Both the position numbers and the translations under genes were made by a program. DNA of 62,288 bases, counting the filler, from Perkinsus olseni (Eukaryota): assembly GCA_013115125.1 (NCBI GenBank). It is 14 parts of 14 records of this genome, joined end to end, with 100 filler letters (N's around TTAATTAATTAA, not from the genome) between each part and the next. Parts side by side here need not be neighbours in the genome. Positions count along the whole stretch, not along the records: positions 57,982 to 62,288 come from JABANN010001292.1; 13 more parts are not named here. One strand, given 5' to 3'. The notes under the pieces are model-generated. The model saw only the letters and a program-made list of their open reading frames with translations, was not told the DNA's origin and did not search any database. Each line of letters begins with the position of its first letter. Within the stretch, counting starts at the first letter, position 1. Of this stretch, positions 59,240 through 62,288 are shown in pieces.

Positions 59240-60989
59240 GAGGAATGCCCAAGATGGGCAACACTACTGAGGGGAGGAATCAAATATGGGATGCTTTTTC
59301 CGAGGGGAAATTCGACAAGGTATGGCTACGCCAAAACCAAACCTGCATGCCAAGGAGCAGCGGCCTCAGCCAGGCACCCTGAGGGGGTACTCGACGATGC
59401 AGCGTGATAAACCCTCAGATGAAAATTTCATGATGAAATATTTGCGGGGCCCGGAATCCGGGGAATACCCGCTGAGATTGCGAAGAAATGGTGAATCTGG
59501 GCGCGGGTTTGAGAGGCAGCATGACCCAGGCGATGAGAGCGGCAGAAAAGCGCCCAGACCCCCTGAACATTGATCCAACGCTGCATCATCAAACCTTCGT
59601 GAGACTTGCGACATTTATTCACGATCGGAAAAGCTACAAAATAAGCGACCCTACGATGCGACGCTAGACACGGCAGACACCTGAGGATTCATGTCGCAAG
59701 CCTGCGACGGACTAATTGTTATCGCTCAGATTGGGGCGGTTACTGATGCAGGTTCCAGGATTGATCACTGAACAGCAAGTGGGGCAAGTGTGATTCAGGC
59801 TACCTGCGAGGGATACGGCAGCTCTCTGCGTCAACGACAATGAAGCTTAACTTAATCTAATTCGAGCTTAACTACGAAGGCTTCGTAACGAAGCGATTGG
59901 TCCGATATTGCCCCCAACATCAAGCCCGCCCCTCCTCGACGACGTAGAGCCCTCCACCGTTCTTGCCGGCCTTACGTCTAACGTCACATCCCTGCAATTC
60001 TGGACTTTCCTCGGCGTCTGCTCGGGCTGGAGCGGGCAGAAGCACACGACAGTCGTGTCATGACTTCACGCTGCTCACGGTTCATATCGGGGAGCAACCG
60101 TGCAAGGGAAGGAGATGTGGAACTGAAGAACACGTGTATCAATGCGGGAAGCTTTGCTGCCCGCCCTGAACGGGGCTCGGAGGGAACTTATCTTAGTTCA
60201 ACTCCAGAGGTAGCTTAGAAGCCTCTGACCTGATGAACCCAACTGGATACAACTAAGACGTCTTGATATGCTAGGATTCTCAAGTCCTCAGCGCCAGAAG
60301 ATACGTTAAGAAGGAACTAGTAGACAAATACCCGCAACGAACAGTGAGTCATCAGCAGGCTGAGCGTTGGACAGCATGCTCCACTGCTGCTTCTATAATA
60401 GGAATCCTATTGGAACATTTGAATTATATCGTCCAGTTACTGACTGGTTCAAGCTGAGAATTTCTATCACACCGGTATTGGCCGCTTATGCATAACGGTT
60501 ATGCAATAACCCTCTTCCTCCCTAATTGACTTCAAACACTGAACGTAAGTCAAGCTGACGAAACTCCCGTTTTGACGTGCTTTACCCGCACCTTCATTCG
60601 ACAATAGTTATTCTGGTGTCGAGCCCAACCTGATCAAATAACTTTTTTGACCGCAAACTGCACGCGTGAACACACGGCGCTCACGATGGACCTCGTGGCA
60701 TGAAGATACTATGTGATACAATGACGAGCGTCACAACAGGCAACCGTGATGAGTTGAGTGAAACGCCTCCCGCTCCCACAGAGCAGCTTGCTGCTAGCTT
60801 CTCACGGAGCTGCGAGACACCCGACAAGAGAGAGTGAAGTGTTCGGAATCCTAGGTTTCAAAGTCATTTCACAATGAGAGCACAGTTCCAAGGCGCGTAA
60901 TGAATCACGAATGATGATCTGCCGAGGAGGCAGTGCCCACACATTGTCGTCGTCTCGTCGAAGAGTCAATGACGTACCGAAAAACGACA

Positions 60990-62288
60990 GGGAAATCAGA
61001 GGAAACAGTACGGCATACTACGTATGCATTCAACCGAGCATGTTCGCACGGAAAAATGATTGCCGTTTGCGTTCTCGAAGAGCGGTGCATTCCCTCCCGG
61101 TCCGGGAGACCCGGACGGCATTGTTTTCCCGTTACCGACGAGCTCATTGTGGTTTACCGGTAGAACCAACAAGACGGCTCGCGAAAACAAAGCTTTCCAT
61201 TGTGAACATAATCCTGGCCCATGAACCGTGTGATTCCCGTGGGCATCTTTCAAAACGAGATTTAATCGGAGTTGCAGATCGATGACCCTCCGATAGACAG
61301 TCAATTGGACCAATTGCCGCCGGTGATAACTTCAGTTGTTTGTCGAAGGACGAAGCTCTAGTGGACCGGTTACCTGTCGAGTTTTGGCACGACTACCCAC
61401 ATCCGTAGTGGCGCAGCCTGACGAGCTCTAGTGGCTGTAGCAGGGACAGCATTACTTTACGAGGCAGCCGCGGGAATCCTCGCAACTGGAGGTCGATCAC
61501 TGCTCCGCGAATGTTATGCTTACGCGTACACCGGGTATGATACCCGCTGGCACCGACCCAACAAGTGAATACGACACTCGTCGAGGGCCACTCGGTGTCC
61601 ATCGGCAATCACGGTTGACGAGGGAGTGTTCAGGGTAGTTCGTCGCGTAGTGGCACCAGCGACTCGGCATTCTCGAGTCGAGAATCTCGACGACTACCCT
61701 CGCGTGGAGCACCCTACACTGGACAAACTTTCCAGTCTGGCGATGGATTCTGGAATGCTTAACTGTAGGGCAAGTTCCCCATTCACCGCCACCTTGGACT
61801 TCACGGTAGGCTATGCTGCTGCTCGTGATCAATTCATTTTGGCCTCCGCAAGACCGGTGCTGAGTTCACTCTCCGCAGAAAGCCCGACTCCTTATGGGTA
61901 CTTGCAGTTGTGTTCGCAAGGCATAAAGAAGACGAGGAACAATGCATTATCGATACATCACTCCCCGTTGATAACAAGCCTGTCATCGATGTACCATTAC
62001 TCCAACTCCTGCCGACTATCGGCAATTCCGACACCCGTACCGGGGCCAGGGATTTCATCAGCTCGTCTATACTTGACGGCCTCCGCAATCTCACAGCTCT
62101 CAGCTCTTCTTCTGATGTTCCATCAATATTTTTTCCATATTCACAACCGCCGGCCAAATGAGATTAAACGACCTCCCCCTCCTCTGGTTAGCGGAAACTA
62201 GACGAGCATGGGAACCGCAGAAGTTGAGCTCTGCGAAGCAGAAGTGATGTTTAAACGAGCCAAGCGGCACGTTAGACAAAACACACAA
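60990..62288 (-). pseudogene. Very decayed LTR-element protease/RT remnant
   Basis: GLLSTGSDVSIM (DTG-like); RRVIDLQLRLN (RT-start-like). Confidence 0.35.

Noticed and set aside
59245-59332. Spliced-leader-like fragments (CCATCTTGG, CGTAGCCAT) upstream of the ZNFX1-like ATG; CCGTAGCCTTGGC at ~41463
   Set aside because: Only 8-9 nt matches, one inside a small palindrome. Expected by chance in 62 kb.

Overview
This is not one locus. It is a pseudo-scaffold of 14 small contigs (4413 down to 4307 bp, in decreasing size order) joined by 100-bp N spacers carrying the all-frame stop linker TTAATTAATTAA, so adjacency between contigs is artificial. The DNA is eukaryotic (short GT-AG introns). Tandem divergent pepsin-like proteases and intronless secreted-protein paralogs suggest an alveolate such as Perkinsus (inference only). 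Host genes: a mitochondrial-type Obg GTPase, two aspartyl-protease-like paralogs, a P5-type ATPase, a WD40 protein (C2A9.03/DUF2415-like), two secreted-protein paralogs and a ZNFX1-like helicase 5' end. The rest is nested mobile DNA: tyrosine-recombinase (DIRS/Ngaro) retrotransposons, LTR retrotransposons with a BEL/Pao-like RT-RNaseH and Gypsy-like integrase, and MITE-like insertions. Three observations stand out. (1) tRNA-derived Pol III A/B-box cassettes recur inside unrelated transposon types (two MITEs, an LTR, an Ngaro derivative). (2) Three different LTR junctions cluster within about 130 bp of the same Ngaro sequence, and two separate contigs can be rejoined through a 4-bp target-site duplication. 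(3) A MITE with a 54-bp perfect palindrome splits an unknown ~1050-aa ORF that re-fuses in frame when the MITE is removed.
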